The position numbers and the translations under genes were made by a program. Below, in pieces: positions 53,531 through 64,000 of a DNA stretch of 64,000 nucleotides. The notes beneath the pieces are model-generated. The model was not told the DNA's origin. It made no database searches and was given only the letters and a program-made list of their open reading frames with translations. How positions within the stretch are numbered: position 1 is the stretch's first letter; each line of letters starts with the position of its first letter. This DNA is from Vermamoeba vermiformis (lineage: Eukaryota), in contig JBEWZL010000145.1 of the NCBI GenBank assembly GCA_045837725.1, forward strand, positions 310,001 to 374,000, given 5' to 3'.

Positions 53531-55307
53531 ATGAAACGAAAAGCAGAACCGTTAGAAGATCGGCACAGAAAAAAGCCAAAATTCAACCATGAGGAAAAAG
53601 TATGTTCTTTTAATATGAAATGGCGATACATCCTATTTTTGGAATTTTCTAAATTAATTGAAAATTTATTTTCAGACCCAATTATTTTCTCTTCTTCCTG
53701 ACGAGCTTGTACGAGAAATATTGAGCTATTTGAATGACCACAACCTCCGATGGGCACGATTGATCGATCAACGGCTATTTAAACTCATTGATATTCGTCA
53801 TTTCAATATTGGGTGTATTCTTGACTCAGAAATGTCAGAGTTGACACGAGTGTTTGGACGATACGACAAGCCGATTGGACTCACTTTTAGAAAGCCACAT
53901 ACGCTCGCCAGCAACATTAGCCTCTTGTCGCAGCTCACTCAACTCACTCAACTCGATATTGGTCTCGAGCACGGACCAATCAAGCTCGACCAACTGACCA
54001 ACTTGCAATCACTCACTGGCCGAATGCCACCGTTCAATTGTCAATCTCACTCGCAATTAAGAGCCTTGAAAACGTCCAATGTGCCCATTGTGCAGCCACA
54101 CGTCTATCCAGCTCATTTGGAACAGCTTATAGTGGACTCAATTGGCTTACCAGCAAAAGAGTTTTACTCACCGGACCCTAAGCGCTGTCAAAAGTGCTTC
54201 GACGCAATGCCAAACATTAGACACCTTGAACTGAGAGAGTCAGCACCGACATTTGTGCCCGGCATTGAATGTCACTTGACAGGTCTCGAGTCCCTGGTGA
54301 CAGGCACCGCTGTTACAGGCCTCCCCGTCAACACAATGACGGCCCTGACAGTCTTGGCCCATCAAATGTATGGACACGTCAACTGGGACATCGCACACTT
54401 GACCAACTTGCGACGACTTGCCATCGTTAGCAGGCGATTCATGAACCACACGAGCTTGTCACCGTACAAGTTGCTCGAGTCTCTTATTATCAAAGACACG
54501 GTCGTTGATGAACATTTGACGCAGCTGGTCGGCACTCAGATCACACAACTTGAAGTCTCTTTGGCGAACAAGCAAAGCCTTGAACACGTGACATCGTTTA
54601 CCAACCTACGACATCTCTCCATTGTGATTGGCTACGAAGACAGTATTGACTTGGCCCAATTGACACATCTCACGCAGCTGACGACGCTAAAGGTGCGAGG
54701 AAACAGCTACTGGAAGTACGTGGAAAACATCAGCGAGTGCACCAAGCTGAAGAATTTAGTAGAACTCGTACTGGTGCAAAAAAAACAAATGCAAGGCGAG
54801 CTGCTTGTACTTTCCTCGTTGACACGTTTGACACGATTGACGCTAAAAGACCAAGCCCCGACCATCGACATCACCAACATGAGCAACTTACGGAAGTTAA
54901 ACGTCCAACACCAACACCAAAATTCAGCTAATATGACAGCTATTGGCTTACCTACGCTGCACAATTTGACGAATTTAACATTTTCCGGTAATTTGACAGC
55001 ACAAATCTGCAGCAGCTTAACAGCATTGCACGACCTCACATTCATCGAGAGAGTCGAAGATCAAAGTCTCGAACATGCGTGCAAGTTGACACGACTGACA
55101 TCTTTGACGGGCCACACCATGGGTAGTGGTGCCTGTTTGACACGTTTGACACGACTGCAAAGGCTCATGCTGATCACGGAAGAAGGCTCGCATAAGATTA
55201 GAAAAGAGCTGAAAGAGAAACTTGTCTATTGTCACTTATTTACGTACCACTATATAGACAAAAACGATGAAACTTATCAAGATGATAGTGACTACGATGA
55301 CGACTAA
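53531..55307 (+). CDS. F-box + leucine-rich-repeat protein, paralogue A
   Basis: MKRKAEPLED NLS-like exon; LFSLLPDELVREILSYL F-box; many LTxLTxL repeats; acidic tail. Confidence 0.88.
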
Positions 55308-55450
55308 TAAAATTGATCTTGTAAAAAGTTGCGTCTGCGGTCACAGAGAACTTAACGGAACCGTTGAGTCAACAGGCTTTTTTCTTCGAAAGAACACATT
55401 ACTCACCATACCTCTCTGATATTTTATTTCGCACAATTGCCAAGCGCTAA

Positions 55451-57229
55451 ATGAAACGAAAAGCAGATCCACTTGAAGATCGAACCAGAAAAAAGCAAAA
55501 ATCGCTTTCTCATGCAAACGTGAGTTAATTAATTAGCCTAGTCGAATTGATATTTTTCTAGGTTTCTAAATTAATTTTTATATTTTAGAAGAATAATTTT
55601 TTTTCTCTTCTTCCTGACGAGCTCGTACGAGAAATATTGAGCCATTTGAATGACCACAACCTCCGATGGGCACGATTGATCGATCAGCGGCTATTTAAAC
55701 TCGTTGATATTCGTCATTTCAATATTGGGTGTATTCTTGACTCAGAAATGTCAGAGTTGACACGAGTGTTTGGACGATACGACAAGCCGATTGGACTCAC
55801 TTTTAGAAAGACCAACAAGCTTCAGAACAATATAACGTGCTTAATCAACCTCACTCAACTCACCCAACTCGATATTGGCCGGGGCTCGGATCTTCTTGAC
55901 TTTGAGATCTGCAACAAGCTAACCAATCTGCAATCACTCACGGCGAGTGTATCACTCGCTCAATTACAACATCACACACAGCTCACCGAGTTAGTGGCTG
56001 GCCAAGTGCTTGCGGAGAATGACCAAATGTTTCCTGCACAATTGAAGCGGCTGAAAGCGAAGACAATTCTCCTGTACAAAGAAGTCACGCGCTACTGGGG
56101 TGCAGGATTGACACAAGTAGAGAAGAAACTTCATCCAGAGCAGTACGAAAAGTGTTTCGCGGCCTTGCCCAATATCAAACACCTCGAGCTGGACAAAATG
56201 ACGTGCACGTTACTGCCAGGCATTGCATGTCACTGGACGGGCCTCGAGTCCTTATCAACAGGCATCGCCGTCACCAATCTCCCTGTCAACACAATGACGG
56301 CCTTGACAGTGTTGGCCAATCGTCAGAGTGGAAATTTCAATTGGGACATTGCACACTTGACCAACTTGCGACGACTTGCCATATTTGGTGACGCATTCGT
56401 AAAACACTTGAACTTGACTCCCTTCACACTCTTAGAGTCGTTGACACTTCAACTTACTTCAGATTTGCCTTTCGATGATGTGCAGCTCACACAGTTGATC
56501 AGCACGAAGATAACGCACCTTGATATTCTAACCTCCAACCAGCAAAACATTGCTCAGGTGGCATCGCTAATCAACTTGCGACAGCTCAAGTTAAACATTG
56601 GCTACGGATGCCATTTTGACTTCGCACAACTGTCACACCTCACGCAATTGACAAGTTTATCTGTCGATTCTCATGTAGTCACACACGAAGACGACAATAT
56701 TCAAGCCTGCATTGGACTGAAGAACTTGTTGGAGCTGCGTCTGGGAGTGTCCGTACTCAACGACGAGCCGCTTGTCTTGTCCGATTTCACTCGCTTGACG
56801 CACTTGTCACTCTCGTCTGGTGCTCCAACCGTTGATGTATCGAATATGACAAACTTGCAGTGCTTGGAAACCAATTACGATCAAGATAGTGACCTTATTG
56901 GCTTGTCTACACTATACAGCTTGACGAGCCTAGCATGCAATACATTGGATTATGAATGCTGCTCCACTCTGACGTCATTACAAGCTTTGACTTTACATAT
57001 GGCTGAGGAAGAGACAAAAGAGTTGTCAAAGCTGACGCAATTGACCGCATTGTCAATCTATTGTGCGCAGAGAAATTGCGAGTATTTGACACGTTTGACA
57101 CGACTTCAGAGCCTCAAAGTGATGTCACTGAAGGGAAAGACAACGCTGGCTAATGAACTCAAAAAGAAATTGATTTATTGTGAACCACTTGAATACACTT
57201 TTTATGAAGATGAGGATGATAGTGAATAA
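55451..57229 (+). CDS. F-box + leucine-rich-repeat protein, paralogue B
   Basis: Same architecture and intron position as paralogue A; FFSLLPDELVREILSHL. Confidence 0.88.
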
Positions 57230-57335
57230 CAATAGTGATAAAATTAGTAGGTAACGAATAGGGTCAAATACGTGTAGGACGGAATAATACTCGTAATAAA
57301 TTGTGGTGGTTTTATAAATGCAGATGCGCCAATTT

Positions 57336-60300
57336 TTACTTCTTTAGAGAATTTACAAAAACATCCACACTAGGCTCACCACCTAATAATTTTTTGACCA
57401 TTACTAACGGGTCCTTAGCACCTCCATAAGCCAATAATTCGCGTCTATATAACTCTCCTGCTTCTCGGTTCAACGGATCTCGCGCAAAACAATTTTCCCA
57501 GATATTTGCACTAAATAACGTAGAGTACAAATATGTGTAATAAAACGCACCATAACTATCACATCAATCGTTAGATATATCATTACTTTGCCTATTAGAC
57601 TTACGAATCGAGGTGTGTAAAATATTTGTGAGGGGCAACTCCGGGAGGAAATTTCACGGGTGAGTACTGGCTCAATTGACTGATCACCTCCGTAGAACTC
57701 TTGCCATTGAGCACTGGTCCTGAATGCAAGTACTGATCGACTGCGGACAAGTGCAGCTGTTCTTGTGTGTCCATCGCTTTGAACAGCGTTTTTGATATTC
57801 GGACCTGCTGCAGTGCCTGTTCGGGCAGTACTGCGCCTATGATATTTCCTTATTTAGTATATAATGATAAGGCTTTGATGTTCGTACCTGTCTTATAATG
57901 CTTTGCAAATTGAGAAATGACATTGTAATCCCAGATCCAATTTTCCATCAACGTCGAGGCAGTCTCAACAAAATCGTTGTAGCTGTAATTATATTAATAT
58001 AATGTTATAATAATAATAGCGTACCTTCTTGTGCCTGAAAAATGCTGTAGCTCGTTTCTGCTGAATAACGTTTGAAGTAAATGACCAAATTCGTGGAACA
58101 ATGTTTCGACCTCTGAGAAACTCAGCAGAACAGGCTTACTGCAAAAACAATACGTTAGTATAATAGTAGCCGAGGGTCTTTCAAATATTATGCAATTGAT
58201 TTACGTACTCTTTTGAACGAGACTGAGAAAAGTTTGTGACAACAGCGACCCTCGCAGCGTCACTGTGCATGCTGCGAAATCTCAACGGGAAATTCGCTCC
58301 TCCGCCAAATTTGCCTTCGCGTGATAACATATCCAAATATAGATATCCTAATACTCTTGAATCCTTTTCATCTCGTACTTCAACTTTTCTGACGCTCGGA
58401 TCCCAGATCTCGTTTGGACTCGCTTGCACAACGTTCATTTGAATACCAAATAGCTTATTAGATATTATTCTTAGTCCTTCCCAGCATTGACCTAACGGGA
58501 AGTATTCGCGGCTGAAAACCGATTTAAGTATTAAGTATCCATAAAAGGAAATAATAAGGGTCTGCATTTGCAACTTACATGTTCGAAATTGGATCGTTAA
58601 TTTTGACTTGCTTCATTAGTCCACGATAATAGTCTCGGTCCCAAGCGTTAATATCCAAATGTTGAACGGATTCGGATGTGACACCCGAATGATCTTTGTT
58701 GCCTGTTGACACTGAGTTGTATAGGCCTTTTAATGACCTCATAGAAGCCAATTCTTCTTTTACCATTGGTGATAATTTCTCGTTCACAGTCTGGTAATAA
58801 AAATTAGATAAATATTCAACAGTATGACTTTGATGCATATACACGGACCTGTAAGAAGTCCATTACACTTTGAGGAGTTTTCAATATTCTGTGAACGGCG
58901 TTCATATGTGAATACGACGGAAAATTTAAAAATTCCGCGATTTCTTGTCTCATAGCCAACATCCGATCGAGCACTTCAAGCCGTGCTGTTTGCGTAATAT
59001 TTGACAGGTTAGTATTACTCGAAACAACCCTCATAGAATAATTTGTCATCATAGGCAACACCTACAATAAATATAATATGGTTATATTATTACGTACCAT
59101 CAGGTTGGTAACCAGCAGTGTAGACATCTTTGCGGATCTGCTCGTCTTCTACATGGGCCAAAATTCCATTGACGACTTCGCCGCTGAGATCGACAATGAC
59201 TTTTCCATTCTTTACAGGATAATATCTTGCCAACCCTATAAGAATCATAAATTAGTCCCTGCTTACAAGGAAATAGCAGATGTAGATCGCGTACCTGGCA
59301 TTGACTTCAAAACTTTTTTATCAACAGCGTAACGTCCATACTCGGCAGGATTATTACTCATATGAATGAACTGCGATTGAAGCATCCTACAAAAATAATT
59401 AGGATTAAATTCTAAAGGTCGGATTAGATCTGATCGCGTACTGTAACTTTGCAAACTTCTCATGCAGTACTTCTCTATTCTTATCTGACAAATGAACTCC
59501 TTTGTGTTCAAATTCATCTTTTAATTGCGAAATAACGATGAGCTGTTCTTCTGTTAGATCTTGCCTGGATCACACGGTAATGTCAGTACATTCAGAGAGA
59601 CTATATCATCAATACTATCGCATTATATTAATTATAATCATATTAAACGTACTTTCGGTCTATAGCACTCCGTGAAGCATCATATAACGTCCGATCTGTA
59701 TTTAACAAGCCAACAAAACTCTGCATTAACATTGAGGCCTCATCTGCTGCTTGACTATATTTAGGATCAGGGTGGACATGACGGCATAGCTCTGCTGCGT
59801 CTGCAACGTAACACATCTGATCTGAAATCGTGTCAAGTTTGCGTACGATCTGAAACATCTCAAATTAGTAAAGCAGCCAAAATATACTGCGGTATCTGTA
59901 TCATACCTCGGCTGCGGGAATTGACTTGTAATTCTTTAACTCGTCAACGATCGCGTTACATTTTGAGATTGACTGTTTTGCAAGATCTACCCAATGAGAA
60001 GGCTTTAATAATCCTAAACATTTTTAAATATTAGTATATTTGATTGTATTAATAAATACATTCATGATTAATACAAATAAATGCTTGTAAGACAAGAAAA
60101 AATTGTTTATTGAGCTGATCTCACGTCAGCAATTTGCAATATTATAGGAAATTATAATTTCAGGCGTTCGTGAATATTACCTTGCATGCCAAATAGTCCG
60201 TGGTTCTCCGCTGATTTATTAACAAAAGTTGAGTTTGGCAAGCCTTGATCAAAGGCCTGCACAAAGCTGAAGGACTGTACATTTCTTCTATATATTTTAC

Positions 60301-60412
60301 AAATACTAAAAATAGATTGGTTCGCGTGTTTTGGCTTTAACGCATTTGTTACAGTTGCGCCTGATCTGCGTAAATTTATTGCCGATCTATTTAATCGTAG
60401 TAACGAGAGCAT
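57336..60412 (-). CDS. MIPEP: Mitochondrial intermediate peptidase (M3A)
   Basis: TLFHEFGHLL zinc motif, LDTISDQMCYVADAAELCR, AWDRDYY, YLDMLSREGK, DFVETASTLME, GAFYYTYLYS; Arg-rich presequence MLSLLRLNRS. Confidence 0.93.
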
Positions 60413-60598
60413 GATAAATATATACAACCCTCTCGTGTACGCGAACAATAAACATCAAAATACTAAAGTTTGGTTGCTCTGCAAAATGAACGTTGCAAAA
60501 ATTCTGAGATCAGACAAAAAGGCAATTTTTTTCTTTGTATTCGCAATTTATTTACAAAATTGTACAATTTTGAGCTCCCTTTTTAGGAACCTAGTATT

Positions 60599-61264
60599 TT
60601 ACAGATCGCTAAGTTCCTTTTTAAGAACATTTCGTCGTCGTTGCGAGAAGTTCTTTCGCTCATCTCGGTTGTTGATGACGGGGAAGAAATCAGCGGGCTT
60701 AGTGGCCTCAATAACTTCGTAAATATGATGAACTTCGCTATGAGCTTGCTGGTTTTGAGTCTTTTTGACACCTTTCTTGCCCTTTGGTCGCTTCATCTTG
60801 ATCTCAGTTCCTTTGCGACCCTTGACGAGGACCGGCTCCTCTTGCTCGGGCTCGCTAGAAGTATTGAAAGCGCTGATAACTTCGCGGTAAGATTTCTTTT
60901 GGGCTGGATTCGTTGAGTTCTTAACAACAACGGCCTTAGTCTTCTTCTTCTTGTACTCAGGATCTTCGTCAGAGGACCAATCTTCTGAGTCGGAGTCGTT
61001 GTCAATATTCTTCAAATCGTCGAGGAATTCCCATCGCTTTTTCTTGTTCAAGCTGTACTCGAGGTTGGGATTGAGCGAATCTTGAGCAACAAATGAATTG
61101 ATTCGAGAATCTTCGGGAATATGGTCGTGTCGAATGATTGAAGTAGCACCCTGGATAAATAGTTGTCTTTCAGGGCCTAATTTGACGGTGTTGCTGGTCT
61201 TAATGCCTTTACGGTATCCGCGGCTTCGGAGGTTAGGCTTTTGGTCAAAGGTAATGTCGGACAT
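60599..61264 (-). CDS. Hypothetical Lys-rich charged protein (221 aa)
   Basis: Intronless ORF with codon style like the neighbouring genes; no family recognised. Confidence 0.6.
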   Translation of the reverse strand: MSDITFDQKPNLRSRGYRKGIKTSNTVKLGPERQLFIQGATSIIRHDHIPEDSRINSFVAQDSLNPNLEYSLNKKKRWEFLDDLKNIDNDSDSEDWSSDEDPEYKKKKTKAVVVKNSTNPAQKKSYREVISAFNTSSEPEQEEPVLVKGRKGTEIKMKRPKGKKGVKKTQNQQAHSEVHHIYEVIEATKPADFFPVINNRDERKNFSQRRRNVLKKELSDL

Positions 61265-62161
61265 AACTGGGCTGGCTATGGAGTAGCTGGTTTGTGGTAT
61301 TCTATTGGGTTAGAGAACTGAAAATAAACTTCTGTCAGAATTTGACTTTTAAAGCCTCGTTCTTACTGGGATCGCAGAATTTATTTCTGCGCTTTATGCT
61401 AATTTAGTCATTTCGCAAGATATTTCGGTGCAACAACACGCCCGATGCTTCTCGAATAAGAACCTTCTTTTAAAAGAATCGAGTAGAGTTCAAGAGAAAA
61501 TGTGCCCGAGATCTATTATTCAATTTCGAAATCAAAATGCAATCCGAAGGTGCTTTGTAAGGAATAATAGTGAATATTAGCCGTATAGATTATGGAGTAT
61601 ATGCAGGATTATGCAGGATAAATCGCACAGCCAAATGTAATTTTCAGAAAATTGCCATCCAAACACTGGCTTTGTTAAATATTCTAGAATAATTCCGAAT
61701 AATTAGATATACATACCAAATGCTTAGACCTGCTATTCAGCCTCGACCATTCGTCTTTCTCAATTATTTCGAAATTTCTTCAATCTAGATCAGTCTTCGT
61801 GCCACATTACCCTCTTGCCTTGCCTAATAGACTAACTTCGACAGAAAAATTCATTACATTTTGAACGTTAGAAGCTTCAGACGTCGAAAGCTAACTGGGT
61901 CAGATGATCTCTCCGAATGCAGCCGGCTGCATTTGTTGACTATTGCAGGCATCACCGATAAATTGCTTATAAAATTACCACGCGTATGAATTGTGTTGAA
62001 CGTCGAAGTAAATAAAATGATTGCGTTTTGGCCGTCTACCTAACGGTTACTTTTCTTAATTTTTAAACGTACGCGAGTTGTATAAAGTAGCACAAAGGCT
62101 ACTATCATTATATTTATATCAACTGCACCTATTATAATCAAATTATGACGTATATATTGTT

Positions 62162-64000
62162 ATGAGCTCAACTAGGTATGTCACAAAGCGAATAGAACAT
62201 CTGCAATAATTAATCCGTTGGGTTAATTTATTGGCCCGCTAGATAGATAAAATAAGCATAAAATATTAATATATTATTTTATTCATTATTTTATATGCCA
62301 TTTGATCGTGTCGCAAATTTACCGCGAAGATTGCGGAGGGCTCGAATCCCCGTTTTTTTCTATCAACGTAAATCATCCGCGAATAACGATCATCTATATG
62401 CATATATAAATATGTTGCAGAAAATAATAGTAATGATAAATAATCAAGCCGTAGCGATTAACTTTTCCTTGATCGCCTTTTCGGCTTCGATAATATGACC
62501 CCTAAAATTCATTGGCTTATTTAACGATTATTTCCATATAATTTTGATTATAAATTTCATATTGATAATCATTTTTATTCTTGTAGTCCAATAGAAACCA
62601 TCGAAGTCGACGTATTAATTATTGGCGGCGGGATCCAAGGCCTGCTAGCCCTATATGAGCTTCAAGCCCAAATGCCGCATCTCAATGTTATATTAGTAAC
62701 CGAAGGAGAGCTCGGATCTGGTCAGACATTAAGCGGACAAGGTTATTTGCATAGTGGTTATTCTTATGCCGCCCACGAACCTGTTGTCAGCAGTATTAAA
62801 AAATCATGCTCATATTGGATCAAATTAATGAAGGTAAGGCACTATCATTGGCTTAGTTATCGTAGGGCTGCCCTTTACAATTATTGAATTATTTTTATCG
62901 ATTTATTTTATGCTTTTATTTAATAATTATCGTTTATTGGTAGATAAATTGGCAAATATCTATTTAACTAAAATTATACGAAATTATTGCGAGCAGATTG
63001 AACGATAATTAATTTTTATTGCTGGATCTGCCCATGTTTGGCCTAACGAATCTTCATAGGATAATGGAATTGATTACAATAACGGCCACAAATATTTTGC
63101 TGGTCCCAAGCCCTTTGTGGAGAGCTTAAGAGGATTTTGGAAGAAATCAGAGTTGCCTTATCAAGTGCTGCACAAAAAGACGTCATTACCTGGTGCCTTC
63201 AAAGACGGAAAATTATTCACAACAACAACCTCCGTGGTTAAAATCAACGACTTTTCGTTCAATATTGAAAAGCTGATACGAACACTAGCCCAGTCACTCA
63301 TACATCTGATGCTCAAAGGCACCGTTCAGTCGATTTTGCTCAACGACGATGGCTCGCGTGTAGATTCAGCGCGCGTGACACTGCCGAGCGGTGACAACAT
63401 TATAATCAAGACGAGATACATTGTGGCTGCTGCAGGACTCGGCACAAGAGCGCTGTTGGAATCAATCAAATCTGACAGTCAAGCGCAGTACTTTGCCAGC
63501 GAAGCAGCCAAGTTGCAAAATTACTGGGCCAATCACGTGATTTGCGTGCGAGGCAGGTCGGAGATCATTCCGGTGTGTTCAGGCATTTTTCAAGCGTTCG
63601 GACTGAGTATTTACGGTCACGAGCTGAACACGGAGGAGACACCGCTAGCATTCCCGAACATCTCAGACACAATCCTGACGCCGCCCCCGAGCAGTCCAGC
63701 AGTGCCAATCTACGAAGAGAGCGGCAGTGAATCAGAATCAAATCACTCAGAGGACCAACCACCGATGCCTCCGACACCGCCACCTGAAGCACGACCCAAG
63801 TACTCAATGTGGTATATTTATCCCGCGACATTAAAGGCGATGCAGTACGGTGCTGGCTCCAACCCGATTTTGTGGAACTCACCCGCCACAATCAGCAAAG
63901 ATATTGTCGGCGAAGCTACTAGGTACGTCGTACCCAACCATAAGTTATTGCGTGCTAACGGCATTCATTCCAGGAATTTATTTGAACTGTGCCCGAGGAT
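62162..64000 (+). CDS. FAD-dependent oxidoreductase (DAO/GlpA-like fold), 3' end outside window
   Basis: VDVLIIGGGIQGL, ELGSGQTLSGQGYLHSG, IVAAAGLG; probable first micro-exon ATG AGC TCA ACT AG|gtatgt at 62162. Confidence 0.8.

Overview
Gene-dense eukaryotic nuclear DNA with many short GT-AG introns and very short intergenic spacers. It looks like a free-living amoebozoan-type protist; this is inferred from the Ras sequence style, intron sizes and gene content and is not proven. I reconstructed about 33 spliced protein genes by eye; the ORF track fragments them and some exon boundaries are approximate. Housekeeping genes include saccharopine dehydrogenase, an ADCK kinase, Ras, TilS, AMMECR1-like, aprataxin-like, elongin C, GST, NPRL3, PCBD, a phosphohexomutase and MIPEP. 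The best-supported special feature is a selenoprotein thioredoxin reductase ending Gly-Cys-UGA(Sec)-Gly-stop. It has a GUGA-type SECIS candidate, a ~98-nt hairpin starting 6 nt after the Sec codon, and an extra upstream presequence-like exon. An accessory-looking tract (~39.5-57 kb) holds an intron-containing PD-(D/E)XK nuclease of giant-virus/phage style, a GTPase with a DUF697-like tail, an NmrA/Zn2Cys6-PAS/truncated-FMO trio with repeated E-box motifs, a stand-alone HIND-like micro-ORF and tandem F-box/LRR paralogues with a homogenised tract. Also present are a chimeric pseudogene carrying a captured DEAH-helicase fragment, an in-frame TGA in the ADCK gene and a frameshift in the nucleoside phosphorylase. 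I recognised no tRNA, rRNA or CRISPR.
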